From contig NC_086097.1 of the NCBI RefSeq assembly GCF_963921235.1, forward strand, positions 143,160,001 to 143,224,000: DNA of 64,000 nt, in the 5' to 3' direction. The position numbers and the translations under genes were made by a program. The DNA is from Mobula hypostoma. Taxonomy: Eukaryota. Position 1 is the stretch's first letter, and every line of letters starts with the position of its first letter. Shown piece by piece: positions 50,881 through 64,000 of this stretch. The notes beneath the pieces were generated by a model, which was given only the letters and a program-made list of their open reading frames with translations, searched no databases and was not told the origin of the DNA.

Positions 50881-53431
50881 TGTTTTTACATGTCATGTAA
50901 TTTACCTGTTGTATCCAGGCTACAGTATTTACAGTTGCTAATGAGCCTCTCTGTGTGTCTTTCGGATATGGGAGGAATCTGGAGTTGCCGGTGGAGAAGA
51001 ACTTCATGGTCACAGGGATAACATTTAGATCAGTCAGGATCTGCTATGGGTCATTGGAACTGTGCAGCATTAACTGTTGCAGCATTGTGTTTCCCTCAAG
51101 TGCCCTTTGCACCATCCTACAGCAATGTAACTCAGTTCAGCCTTGTTGCCTTTCCAGACTCTCTGAAAATTCAAAAGTCAGAGTTGCACAAGCATGGAAG
51201 TGATCTCTTGGGTCCACTGAGTTCATGCTGTCCATCAAGACATAATTTGGCTGAACAAATATGGTCTCTGGGGCAGGCTATCCTTGCAAGTTCGAAAGCT
51301 TGACAATAAAAGGATTCATTCATGAATCTGCAATCTTATTTCCACGTTTGGTATGAGGAAGGTGTATCAAGGCATTTGAAAATTCCACAGTCATGATTGT
51401 CTTTAAGAAGAGGGAAAAGTTCAGTGGGGGAATTAGAGATGTTTTCTGCCATAAGAAAGGCCATTCCTAGGACTCTTCTCAACCATGACCTCCCAGTAGG
51501 TAAACAGCTGTTCTGCATATTGCAGTATGGATTCTATCTGTCTAGTGACCTAGCAAGACATAATCTTCACCGTGACAACTTAAAAAAAATACAAGCCTTT
51601 CTCCATGGTCTTGAAGGTTGCTATTCTTTGGCTCCAATTGGAGGCAACAGGGAAAATCCGTTCCAAATTCAGTCAAACACAAATTCATTTTATATTGGCT
51701 TCATGATGATCAATGATCTTAATGAATGGATCTACTGCAGAGCCAATGGTAATACTCCAGTTAAACACGGCTATTTCATTGTCAATGACACTTTTAATCT
51801 TTCACTATAACACTGTACCTTGCTGCCAGCAAATTTCCAATGGGGTCGGAAGTTGATCAGTCAATGGTGAGTACACTTGAGAGCCTCAGTGGTTAAACTA
51901 CTGTATGCAGATGAGGGTTGCATTTGTGCTCATTCATTGAAACACAAGAGTGGGTCTTCTGCTCAATGTCCATGAGACAAAACTGTAGTAACTTGCTTTT
52001 GTTGCACAACACTGCCCTCTAACAATTTGGGTTTATGATAAGACCCTAGAGAATAGAGATCACTCCCAATATTTTAGCAGCCAACTGTCAAAGGCAGATA
52101 CTGATGAAGGTGCTGTTGAATTTCACCAATGCATCAGAATAGCAATGAAGACTTAAGAACTAGTACTAAATTCCTGGACTTATTGAGGATAATGAGCCTT
52201 AGGTTGCCTGCAGCAGGCATCTCAAATCATTTAAAAGATGCCATCATTGCTATTTCTGAAAAACCATAAAGCCACTGGAATAAGGGAACGAATGTTGCTA
52301 TCCCAGTTCCAAAGTCCAAATTTCACCCAAAGTTTTTGACTGCTTCTCTTTCCACAGTTGCTGCCTGATACAATGAGTGTTTGCAACTTTTATTTTTATT
52401 CCAAATTATATTCAGTTGGCTCTATTAGACAATGTAAATTGCATCCCTTGGGCACAAGACTTCCAAAGTGGACATTCAACTCTGAGTTCTGTTTTGAGAA
52501 ATCACCAAATGGCCAGATGAAATGATTTAATGTATTCATGGAATTCCTGGCCGATGACTGCTCAAAACAGAGGGAACATTCAGGATGGTATTGAAAGCCC
52601 TCAGCCCTTGTATTGGGAGCATGCAGAAGCCCTGCACAAAAGCAGAATGAGTGCACCACCTCAAGCTACACTTATGCCACATTGAGCACCCCTGTCCCAA
52701 TGTGTGGAAGAATCTCTGGTTCCCACCTGGCCTCAGTCACTTCAGAGCCCACAAAACTGGAGCAGAAGCAAATTATCCTTTGTTTTGGTGAATTGCCAAT
52801 GAAGAATGAGATTAAAGACATGAGCAAGTTTACTCTAAATCAGAATTTCAAAGCTGTCTATATTTGCTTGGGGCAGCATTTGGATAGAGGGTGATATGCT
52901 TCCAAGGTTATTCATAAAATACTGTAGATGCACTGCTAAAACTTGTTGATGTGACACTTGAAGACAATATTGTGTTTGGTATGCTGAACATAATTTTAAC
53001 TATGCTTTCCTGTCAAACTTAACTTGATGAATTTTCAAATTTAAATTCATCTTTTGTGAGCAAATCTTTTCCAAACAATCACATTTTTCAATGATGTGCT
53101 CTTGAGGTCTGTCATGTGAAGCATGTTCTCTCTTCTTTGCTGGGCTTATGTCTGCCATTATTTTAGCACAGATAAACAGGAGTAGGCCTTTCAACTCTGC
53201 AGTTCTTCAAGCCTGCTTTCCCCTTTTGAGTTAGATTAATTTAGTGGATTATGACTAATTTGCAAGTTCACTCCATTTACCTGTAATGACTCTAAGTTAC
53301 TTAGTATGCCTTGTTAGTAAGAATAATGCCATTGTTTTGAGTTGGCTTTTTTCCCTCAGTAGTTTTCATTTAATAAAGGGAGTTCAAAGTTTTCACTGTC
53401 CTTTTCTTTAGATAAATGCTTCCTGACATCA

Positions 53432-53768
53432 CAAACAAGAGAAAATCTGCAGATGCTGGAAATCCAAACAACACACAAAATGCTGGAGGAACTCAACAGG
53501 TCAGGCAGCATTTGCGGCAAAGAGTATAGTCCACGTTTTGGGTGAGACCTTTCATCAAGCCTGGAGAAAAAAGATGTGGAGTTGGAAGGTGGGGGAAGGG
53601 GTGGAAAAAATACCTTCACCAATCACCTTGTTTCTTTTTGCTCTCCCCTCACCTTATAAATCTGACTCATCATCTTTTTTTTCTAGACCTGATGAAAAGT
53701 CTCAGCCCGAAACATTGACTGTACTCTTTGCTATAGATGCTGCCTGGCCAGCATTTTGTGTGTTCTCT
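53432..53768. mobile_element. Fold-back Penelope-like tail insertion with a 12-bp TSD
   Basis: TTCCTGACATCA at 53420-53431 and 53769-53780; inverted tail followed by direct tail. Confidence 0.88.
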
Positions 53769-55934
53769 TTCCTGACATCAGTCTGGTGATGTAGCTTTAA
53801 TTTTATAGGTATATTTTGTTATTCTTTGTTACCAAAGTAAGATCTATTTAGCTGTGATGTTTTAATCATTTAAAAAAAACTTTTGATCGCATCTCCCTTT
53901 TTTATACTTGAGGGAATGCAACTTAGTCTGGACACTTGTTCTTGTTATTTAACTCAACTCTCAGAGAGCAGTGCTGCTTGTCTCCATGCAAACAATACTT
54001 GTAAATGTTTCTTTTCCCCATGGGACATCAGTTTATAATGTAGGTTTTGATCTTTGTTTTCGTGTGAGTTTGATCTAGTTTGTATCAGTTTGGTTTGGAA
54101 GTAAGAAGCAGCAAATTTGTGTCATGAGCCTGTCATTGTTCAGACTATCATCTGGTGAACTCTTTGTCAGGTTGGAAGTCCCCAGAAAAATATGAACATT
54201 AGCTAATTTCTGATATTCACAGTTGGATACTTTCAGCACAGAATTTTGTGTGTCCAGAAATCGTTAAGAGTCGCAGCAATATAACACGGAAACAGGCCCT
54301 TCAGTGCAACCAATTCATGCCAACCTCTGTGCCAGGGCTCCAGTAATCTCTTCTCGTTTCCCATGGTAACTTGAAATAAATCTCATTCTTTTGTGGGGAA
54401 GTAACCCTCCATTCCATTTTTGATCACAGAATGCCCCTGACACTTAAAAGCATCGAGTAATGCAACATGGACACAGGCTCTTTGGCCCGTTGACTCCATG
54501 CCAACCCCGTTCGTCCCAATTTCCTGTGTTTGGCCCATATTCATTTAATGCTAATCCCTGCCTCTGTTACGTCATCTGGTAGCTCATTCCATATGCTCTC
54601 AACTTTCTGGGTGGAAAAAGTTGCACCCCGGGCCCCCTTTTAAACCTCACCATGTACCTGTGCCTCCTAGTTTGTTACGCCTCTACCCTGGGAGGACGCA
54701 AGTTACTATCCACCTCATTTATGCCTCTCATAATTTTAAACACTACTATAAAGTTGCCCACGTTTTCCTATGTTCTAAGCCCACTGTCTCAAAACTGAGT
54801 GGTTGTTGAGCCAATTCAGAGGACAGTTAACTATGTTTAGTGTGCTTGGTCCTTGTTATAGATCAGGATGGCTAGAAGTTGGGTGGGAGCACTGTGTTCT
54901 TGCTGTAAGTGTTAAAGAATCCTTTATGAGAATTGTGGGAATTATTTTTATGTGAGTGTTTGGGTCATATTTCTTCCAGTAGTATCTTGTATCGAGGTTA
55001 AATGATTGTCAGAGTCCAATTGAGCTTGTATTTGGGCTGATACCATTTAGTAATGATGCTGAATTGAGGCAGTTGTCAGATCTGACTTAATCTATGATCA
55101 CTATTCGAGTCATCCTGGGGCTATTTGAGTGGAAGTAGAATTTTATTCTAGTTTTTATGGGAATCATTATCCCTCAACCAAATCCATCTCAATGCTTTTA
55201 GTACATTTTACACGTTGGGGCAAGTGTTCAGCTTTAAGAATATTCATAGTATCGAACTTAAGTGATTTTTAAAATTTTAAACAAATCCCTTTGCATTTAC
55301 ATTTAAACATTTTTTATGTTAAGAGAAACTATATATCTGACTTTAAATAGTATTCCTTTCAAAAAACTATGTTTCTGAGGGGCAATATTGCAAGTCATAG
55401 TATAATGCAAGAAGGTTCTGCTATATAGGGTATGAGGAGGAAGTGTGGTTTCAGCGTCAAGTCAGTGTTTTGAGTGATCTAAAATATCTGTTAACAATGT
55501 AAGAAAATGTTCGCTTTTGCTTATCATTTAAACACCCTAATGCACCATTTTGTTTTCATTATCTTGTATAAGCTTAACTCCTTTTTTTTTGATGGTGGCA
55601 GGAAGGCTATTATTTTTATTCCCAGTTAATTCCGAACTTTCTGAATATTGAAGCTTTAAGATGCCTTTTTGTACTCTGGTATTTTGAGAATATTTAAAAG
55701 GCACAACTTCAAGACACACAAGCAAGTAGAGCAACAACTTGTATTTATAGTTTGCTTAAATGTAGCAGCACCTCGAGGTATGACATGAACATTGTAACTT
55801 TAAGGAGGAATTTGGAGAAGGAAAAAGGAAGAGATGGAAAAGTTTGGGGAGAAAATTCTAGAGCACAATTTGCAACCGAAAGCAAAGCTGTTAATGGTGG
55901 AGTGAATAAAATCAGTGATGTTCAAGAGACAAAT

Positions 55935-57085
55935 TGGAACACTCCAGATATAGATGATACTCCATTGATCCCAACGGAAATCACAGCGTCACAGTAGCAT
56001 TACTAGTGCTCAGATATACAAATATAAAGATGTTAGAAGAGAGGTAAGAAATAATAAAAAATAAGTTGCCTTAAACAGTCAAACGGGGGCGGGGGGGGGG
56101 GTCATCACATTCCTGGCTATAGGTTGACTCCATATTATACAGTCTAATGGCAGAGGGTAAAAGTTACCTCATATAGCGCTCTTTGGAGCAGCTGCAGTTA
56201 TCTTAGTCTATTACTGAAAGTGCTCCTCTGTTCAGCCAAGGTGGCATGCAGAGGGTGAGAAACATTGTCCAGAGTAGCCAGGATTTTCCGTAAGATCCTT
56301 TGTTCTACCACAGCCTCCAGTGTGTCCAGTTTGACTCCTTTAGTAGAGTTGGGCTTTCTCATCAGTTTATTGAACCTGTTGGCATCACCTGTGTTGATGC
56401 CATTTCCCCAACACACCACTACATAGAAGATTCTACTGATGACAACAGACTGGTAGAACATGAGAAGGAGAGGCCTGCATACTCTAAAGAACCTTAGTCT
56501 CCTCAGGAAGTAGAAACAACTGTGACCCTTCTTGTACCCGGCCTCTGTTGGTGCTGCGCTCAAGTCTGTCATCCAGGTGCACCTTAAGTACTATGGAAAA
56601 AAAAGTATAGTCACCATTTCGGGTAGAAACCCTTTATCCTGCTGAAGGGTCTTGGCCCGAAATGTCGACTGTACTTTTATCTATAGATGCTGCCTGGCCT
56701 GCTGAGTTTCTCCAGCATTTTGTGTGTGTGTGTGTGTGTGTGTGTTTTTTGCTTGGATTTGCAGCATTTGCAGATTTTCTCTTTTTTATGATCCTCTCAG
56801 TGCTACATGTTTATGCAAGGGGAGTAGGCTTTGTTCAGCAGGTAGATGACGACATCATTAACTCCAATGTGCTCCTGGTAGGCAAACTGCAGGGGATTGA
56901 GGGCTGATTTGACCAGGGGCAGAGGTGAGCCAGGACCAGGTTTCACATGTGAGTTCAGGGCCATTGGACAGTAATCATTCAAGGCTTTCATTTGGCCCTT
57001 CTTGGCCACACATGATGCTTTTCACACAGTCTGGACACTTTGTAGGTTGAAACTCAGATTGAAAATGTGCTGGAGAACTTCACAC
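55935..57085 (-). mobile_element. Rex1/Babar LINE fragment with a nested fold-back Penelope-like tail (~56590-56790)
   Basis: LNDYCPMAL, LNPLQFAYQ..GVND.VIYLL and YFLRRLR.F.V.RPLL.MFYQSV motifs. Confidence 0.85.
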
Positions 57086-57569
57086 ACACGTAGCAGAAAT
57101 GTGGACTGCAGGCAAAGGGTGGTGGAATTGAAGTTGTGAAAATGAATGTGAGAACTTCAGTCAAGACTTGGCATAATAGGGGCAGATGTAAATTGAATAA
57201 ACGTGCTGAAGAGGGGCGAAAGGGACCTGTGCAAGTTAAAACAATTTCAGAATAATTCTGGATTATTTTCCATGTATGGAGAGTGAAATGACAACCTGGC
57301 TTCTAGTGTATTTGTGAACATAAATCATGAGGGTCCTCTCCAGTATAGGGGGCCAGCAAAAATAAATTTTTAATCTCTCAGTTTACAGAAATGAGTGATG
57401 AATGGAAAATTAAATAATTTAACCCTGTTGCAATGGAAATACATCTGAATGAACAATATGTGAATTTGTCTGTTCCAATTACAGAAGTGACCCATACATT
57501 TAATAGTTGAAGCAACAATCTTGAAGTAATTGAAAAGCTAGCTGAATGTAATATTGGTTGGGGTGATGT

Positions 57570-58295
57570 TCTAATTTATACTTTATTGTCGCCAAGCAAT
57601 TGCTACTAGAATGTACAATCATCACAGCGATATTTGATTCTGCGCTTCCCGCTCCCTGGATTACAAATCGATAGTAAATATTAAAAAATTTAAATTATAA
57701 ATCATAAATAGAAAAATGGAAAGTAAGGTAGTGCAAAAAAACCGAGGGGCAGGTCTGGATATTTGGAGGGTACGGCCCATATCCGGGTCAGGATCTGTTC
57801 AGCAGTCTTATCACAGTTGGAAAGAAGCTGTCCCCAAACCCCGATTGAAGAAGTTCAGCATGAGCCCCCGCAAATCCTCAAGATCTTCTACAGAGACACC
57901 ATTAAGAACATCCTGACTGGCTGTATCACCGCGTCTTATGGGAACTGCACCAATCTTGATCGCTGGGCACTGCAGAGAGTGGTAGAGACAGCCCAGCATA
58001 TCTGTGGATGTGAACTTCCCTCCTTTTGAGGACATTTATAGCAGTGGTGCAGAAAGAAGGCCTGGAAGATCATCGGGGAAACCAGTTAGCCCAACTATAA
58101 ACTGCTTCAGCTGCTTCCATCTGGCAAACGGTACCGCGGCATTAAAGCCAGGACCTACAGGCTATGGGACAGCTTCTTTCTACAAGCCATTAGATTTTTA
58201 AATTCATATGTCTGTACATTGCAAAAGAGTCATAGTGCAAAGATTTTTTACTCCCTCATGTTGTGGGATGGATGTAAGATTTAAACAAATTCTAC
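57570..58295. mobile_element. Two abutting Rex1-type 3' fragments in opposite orientation (junction ~57840)
   Basis: Plus part: ILKIFYRDTIKNILTGCITASYGNC..LDR.ALQRVV.TAQ.I.G; the left part is a minus-strand tail. Confidence 0.7.
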
Positions 58296-59510
58296 ATTAA
58301 ATTGCCTCAGGGCTATATGGATGGCACAGTCCTAAAAGGGTCCAGCACCAGAGGGATTTGAGTGTACAGGTATGCAAACTCTTGACTGGTAGATTATCTT
58401 TGTTTGTCAGTTGTAGGCCCTTCAAAATTTACTTTTTGAGATACAGTGCTGAATAGGCCCTTCTGTCCCTTTGAGTCGCGCCGTTTAGCAATCCCCTGGA
58501 TTTAATCTGAGTTTAATCACAGGACAATTTACAATGGCCAATTACAACGGCCTGTAGGAAGAAACCAGAGCACGCAGAGGAACCCCACACGGTCACAGGG
58601 AGAACATACAAACTCCTTACAGGCTGAGGGTGGAATTGAACCCAGCGTCACATGAACTGTAAAGCGTTATGCTCGCCTCTGTGCTACTGTGTCACCCCAG
58701 CTATTGGCATCATGTCAGCATTGCAATCTAGAGAGAATTCCTGCTGACTGATTTAAACTGCCTGAATACCAGGTTCTTGTATTCCTTGAGAACTAAAGCA
58801 GCAAGGTTGTGGCCAGGCCGATTCTGAATTGGTGTTCAATTCTGGTCATCACACTTCAGAAAGTGAAGTTTGTAGAGAGTCAAAGAGATACACTAGAATA
58901 GTTCCAGTCATGAGGGGTTTTATCAACAGTCAGACCAGAGAAGCTGAGATTGTTTTCCATGGAGGAAAGATTGAGGAAAAAAATCTGATAGTTATACAAG
59001 ATCATGAGTGATGGGCAAATTGAAGGGAGTATTTTTTAAATGGTTTAAGAACCAAGAGGCCATGATGTCTTTCAGTCAGAGGGTACAGGGGTTTTGATGA
59101 TTAAACTTAGTATATTCAGGAGTATTAACAATTATGATTAACTGCCTGTAAAATGCTGGAAGCATTTCGTTTTTGCCTTGTGAAAACAAAATTGGTTTAT
59201 TACTGTCACGTATACTGATAGTGAAAAGCCTTTGTTTTGCGCACCATCCAGGTGGATTGGGCCCAGCATAATTACATGAGCTTGTAGAAAGAAAAGAAAA
59301 CAAAATATTTTTGTAGCTACTGAGTGCAACGCAGGTAGACAAACTGCAAAGTGGGAGATCAAGAACATCTATCAGAATTGTCACAATTTAATGGTTTGGC
59401 TAATTCATTTAGTCTTTCCAAGTGATGGTTAGACAGGGTAAAGGATGTGGGAATAGAAATGATGTAAATACTGGCATAAGGAGGTTGGGTTGAATGTCAT
59501 GTTTGTTGTT

Positions 59511-59824
59511 ACCCCCCCCCCCCCGTCTTTCTTCCCGGACCTCCTGTCCCATGATCCTCTCGTATCCCCTTTTGCCTATCACCTGTCCAGCTCTCGGCTC
59601 CATCCCTCCCCCTCCTGTCTTCTCCTATCATTTTGCATCTCCCCCTCCCCCTCCAGCTTTCAAATCCCTTACTCACTCTTCCTTCAGTTAGTCCTGACGA
59701 AGGGTCTCGGCCTGAAACGTCGACTGCACCTCTTCCTATAGATGCTGCTTGGCCCGCTGTGTTCACCAGCAACTTTGATGTGTGTTGCTTGAATTTCCAG
59801 CATCTGCAGAATTCCTGTTGTTTG
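59511..59824 (+). mobile_element. Young Penelope-like tail, near-identical to 37460-37768
   Basis: Visible alignment over ~310 nt with few differences. Confidence 0.92.
59689..59726 (+). ncRNA. Minimal type I hammerhead ribozyme (intact core)
   Basis: Identical to 37634-37671; predicted cleavage after 59721. Confidence 0.75.
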
Positions 59825-61666
59825 TTATAATTTATATCGGTTTCCATGTTAGTTCACTCCACAGACTGGGTGCTAGTGTGGTTACAGTTAATGGTGGAAA
59901 TGTATTTTAACATCCGTAATCTAACCAAAATAGGCTTTGAATTCAATCAGTTGTTGCTTTCTGGATTCGTTATTTCTGATAAGCTCTTTAGATTTTCACT
60001 TTGACAGTATATATATATATATATGTCAAAGTTCACTTTGTTTTTATATTTTTAGAGGGACCGAGATGGGAGTGTTTCTCTGTTGAATTTACAGAAAAGA
60101 TGAACTTATTTAATTTCCACTAATTCTTCAAAGACATTTCACTGTATTTCAGGGAATTTACTTAACTAATGTCAGCAGTAGACCCTAATAAAATAAGGCT
60201 GCCTTGTTTACTAAAACTAGTTCACTTTTTTATTGGAAAATGTTGAAACCTGGTATGGTGTCAGGCTGCACTGACTTTAGTGGTTTTCCAATTAGTGATT
60301 GAAACAGGGAGACACTGCAGGGATATGGAAAATAAATTCCAGGTTAAAGTTACCGAGCATCCGTTGCCTTTGCTGAGCTAATTTTGGATTGAAAGATTTT
60401 TTAAAAAATTAATGACTATCTACTCTATATAAGGCTTTATCTTTCTGTTCAGCCAACACTTAAAAGAGGATTAAGTGAGATTGACCGTTGAGGAAGAAGT
60501 TGGATAAGCCATGATATTGAAGAGCAGAGCAGGTTAAAGGTGTTGATTGGCCTGCGTCTGCTCCTGCTTCTTTGAGATTTGGATCAGAAGTGTTGTACAT
60601 TTATACCCCTCTATTCACCGCAGAATCAACTTTTGGATTGGACAGCCAAAATATGTAAAGTTGTTTGAAATTACTACAAGTCACTATAGCAAATTTTTTT
60701 TATTAGCCATTTACATTGTTAATGAAATGGAATTAAAATACTGGGCAACCATGATTTGAATGAATCATGAGATGGTTCAAGATATCACAATTGAATGGTA
60801 TAATATGGCCATCAAGAATAAAATTGTAGGTGTTAGTCATTTGAAATAAAATCAAATGTTCAAAATACTTAGTAGGTCAGGCCGCATCTTTGAGCCGTAC
60901 TCTGGATTTTACTTGTCTTTAACTCCATGGTCACATAGCTTTACTGTCATAGACATCATAACACTCTACCCCACCTCCCTGTAGCACAACAAGCATCTTT
61001 TTCCTTTTCAATTCTGACAAAGGGTTTTCAGCCTGAAGCACTGACTTTGAAGTGTACGTTGGATATATAATTTTGTGAATTTCTGAAGAGATGGCATAGT
61101 CGCAGAGCACAACAGTGTACAGTACAGGCGACCTGGGTTCAATTCTGTCGCTGCCTGTAAGGAGGTTGTATGTTTTCCCATGATTGTGTGGCTTTCCTAT
61201 AGGCGCTGTAATTTCCTCGCATCGCCCAAAGACTACTGGTTGTTAGTCTGGGGGTTTGCTGGACAGTGCGCCTTAAAGGGCTGGAACGACCTACTCCTCG
61301 TGATCCTCAATCAATAAATGAAGAATTATACAGCTGTAGAAGTTTGATATATACTAGGACCATTTAGCTGATTGCATGGATGTTGATTTGAAAAAGTTTG
61401 CCAGACAAAACTCATTTTCCTGCTTTTGGCTTGTGGTCTTGCCAACAGCACATAAGCTCTGTATTCTTGTCACCAGCTCAGAGTACAATGTATCATTCAA
61501 ATACTGTTTTGTGTTGAAAAACAACAAAAAAAAACTCCTTTGCTTTATTCACCTACGCTGTTGCTATTTGCTTCAAGTCTTCTGTCTGCAATCCCAGTAG
61601 TTGACTTTAGCAGGGAGGTGTAATTGGCTTCATCGTTTAACTATATTACAATTAGTCTGTGAGTTA

Positions 61667-63892
61667 TATAACGTCTGTGCCCCCAACTGACTCCCGTTGC
61701 CTAGGGTGAATAGCCGTCAACCCCGACAAGCAGTGCAAATGCTCTGGTGCGGATACGGTGTGAGGCACCCAAATATCAGCCACGACACAAATACAGGTTT
61801 CCCCCGCCATCCAAAGGTAGAGCATTCCTATGAAATGGTTCGTAAGCTGGAATGTCGTAAAGCGAAGAAGCAATTACCATTTATTTATATGGGAAAAATT
61901 TGTGAGGGTTCGCAGACCCAAAAATAACCTACCAAATCATGCCAAATAACACACAAAACCTAAAGTAATAGTAACATATCGTAAAAGCAGGAATGATATG
62001 ATAAATACATAGCCTATATAAAGTAGAAATACTTCTCTACCTTCATTGCTGCACTGTTCTCCGTAGCGAAAATCTCATGCAAGGGCTCTCGGCAGAAACA
62101 CTCTCTCCAGTAACCTTTAAGCTATGAAGCCGCCAGATCATACCAAATAACACATAAAAATACACAGCCTATATAAAGTAGAAATAATGTATGTACAGTA
62201 GTATCGCTTACCGGAATTGGGAAGACAGTAATGAGCACACTGATGATGGTGCATTAGGCTGAGTCGTCGGAGGTTGGGGTGGTGCAGTGGCCCCCACCCT
62301 CCGGGCAGCGAACCGATACCGATCAGCGAAACATGCAGGGACACAGCGGTGGCTGGGACTCACCCAACACATCTTTAAGAAAAAAGTCGAAATAAACAAG
62401 CTAATTAATTACGTGCTGGGTGGCACCTAATTAATTACCTTGTTTACTTCAGCTTTTTTCTTAAAGATGTGCTGGGTGCGTCCCGGCTACCGCTGCATTC
62501 TCCGCGGCAATGTATTGGTCCGTGGCCCGGGGATTGGAGTGGTGGGACACTGGGGTGTCATCTCCTCGTCGATCAGGGCAGGCAGGTCATCTTCTTCTAT
62601 GTCTGCCTGACTCGATGTGGAAGGTCGAGGTTCGTCGTTTGCTGTGGCTGATTGGAAGGCTTGCTTGACTGCTTAGCTTCGTGCATTTTCTATCATACAG
62701 TTCTCTGTAAGCACTCAAACCATCCTGCAAATATGTCCTAAACCGACGTACCCTTTCAAAATCAAAGTCGTCCGTTTCTGCAGTCATTGCAGCGAAAATC
62801 TCACGCAGTTGCTTCACGTTCAGTTCCTGGACGACTTCACTTTCAGTCTGTTCACTACTGCATTCGGTTTCGATTATTATCCTTTCTTCTTCCAATTGCA
62901 TCAGCCCTTCATCTGTCAGTTCTTGGTCATGGGATGCCATAACCCCTTCAACATCATCTTCGTCAACTTCCACAAGCCAAACTCACTTTGTCCTTGCTTC
63001 GTTCACCACGATTGAAACACTTAATTATGTCTAGTTTTACGCTAAGTGTAACACCCTTACGAGCTCTTTTAGGCTTTCCCGATATCTTAGAACTCATCTT
63101 GCTAACGGCTGCTCACAGACACGTGTTTAAGCAATGCTGGCTAGAATGCAGTTCCGAATCTGGGGGAAGAGCGGCTGCTTGGGGCGCGAGCTGCTTTTTT
63201 TGTAACAATGAAAACACCTTCTGTTAGTGAAAACAGGTAACTAATGTAGGTCTTTCGTAACAGTGAGGTTTCGTAAAGCGAACGTTCGAAAACCAGGGGA
63301 CATCTGTATCAAACAATATACAAAGTGTGAGTAAAGAAATATACTTTATAGTAATTCTTGGTGATGGGTTCATAGAAACAACTAAAAGAAAAGGTGCCAC
63401 ATAAGTAAACTTAGCAGTCTTGTGCACATGATACTTCAATACGTTGGAGCTCATGCCTCCGATTCCATCCACAACGTCCTTCTGAGACTTCAGCCACCAC
63501 CTGAACCGCCGAGGCCCGGTATCTGCCGCCCTGAAACCGCTGTCTGTTCCCCACACATCCGTCCTCTCCACTCGCCTCCCGAAAAAGCCCGCGAGCCCCA
63601 GCTCGGCACACACATACAAGATAGCGTAACATAACTTCCACTGGTTAGTTCCTCCATTATCTATAACTATAACCCAAATATTTTAGCTACAGAGAACATT
63701 ACCTCATAGTTGCCATTACTAAGAAGCCATTTCATTATAACACTTCAGAGAAGCCATTTTATAATAAACAGTTAACAGTCTGGTTAATATTACTGAGAAC
63801 CCTACAATTATCAAACAAAACTATACACTGTTGGAGTGTTTTATTCGGCCCACCTTATCTATGAAAGAATTACCTGCTTAGGCTTGTACACC
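61667..63892. mobile_element. Possible decayed LTR-like element hosting the Tigger insertion
   Basis: CpG-rich non-coding sequence on both sides of the Tigger; clear termini and TSD not found. Confidence 0.3.
61794..63306 (-). mobile_element. Tc1/mariner Tigger-type non-autonomous DNA transposon
   Basis: TA|CAGGTTTCCCC...GGGGACATCTG|TA; subterminal TCGTAA repeats; acidic remnant EVDEDDVE.VMASHDQELTDE.LMQLEEE typical of Tigger transposase C-termini. Confidence 0.85.
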
Positions 63893-64000
63893 TATAAAAA
63901 TAGTTTCCATTTGTATGCTATTATTTTGTTTCTACTGCTAATGCAAGTTAGATTTTTATGTTCAGGACCCATTTTTAAATAAATCCTCACCCCACTCACC

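Noticed and set aside
60040..60105. Acceptor-like TTTTTATATTTTTAG as CCDC12 exon 2
   Set aside because: The following frame (RDRDGSVSLLNLQKR*) does not resemble CCDC12 and has no clear donor. No exon 2 of either gene was recognised in the window.
62587..62973. TIGD-like host gene
   Set aside because: Only a C-terminal acidic remnant inside TA-flanked TIRs.

Overview
Eukaryotic, repeat-rich vertebrate DNA; the repeat families point to a cartilaginous fish, probably a ray (inference). The only host coding sequence I can support is two divergently oriented first coding exons: NBEAL2 (minus, 28853-28903, MASKERLYELWMLYFTK|gt) and CCDC12 (plus, 35023-35106, MAEEAGRLQEEALKRRERLRALRERQLQ|gt), the same head-to-head pair as in mammals. 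No second exon of either gene was found, so 1-28852 and 35107-64000 are read as first introns. These hold CR1, Rex1/Babar, RTE and Penelope-like retroelements, V-SINEs, a solo LTR, a Harbinger derivative, a Tigger derivative and hAT-type MITEs, often nested. The most notable signals are RNA structures: (1) an HDV-like ribozyme fold, with an extra hairpin in loop L3, at the 5' end of a short non-autonomous retroelement present in two diverged, covarying copies; (2) minimal, dimer-dependent hammerhead ribozymes in Penelope-like tails, with all three intact copies in the sense strand of the host introns; (3) a ~35-bp pre-miRNA-like hairpin in NBEAL2 intron 1. All calls are by eye; no searches or folding programs were run, and repeat boundaries without a stated TSD or TIR are approximate.
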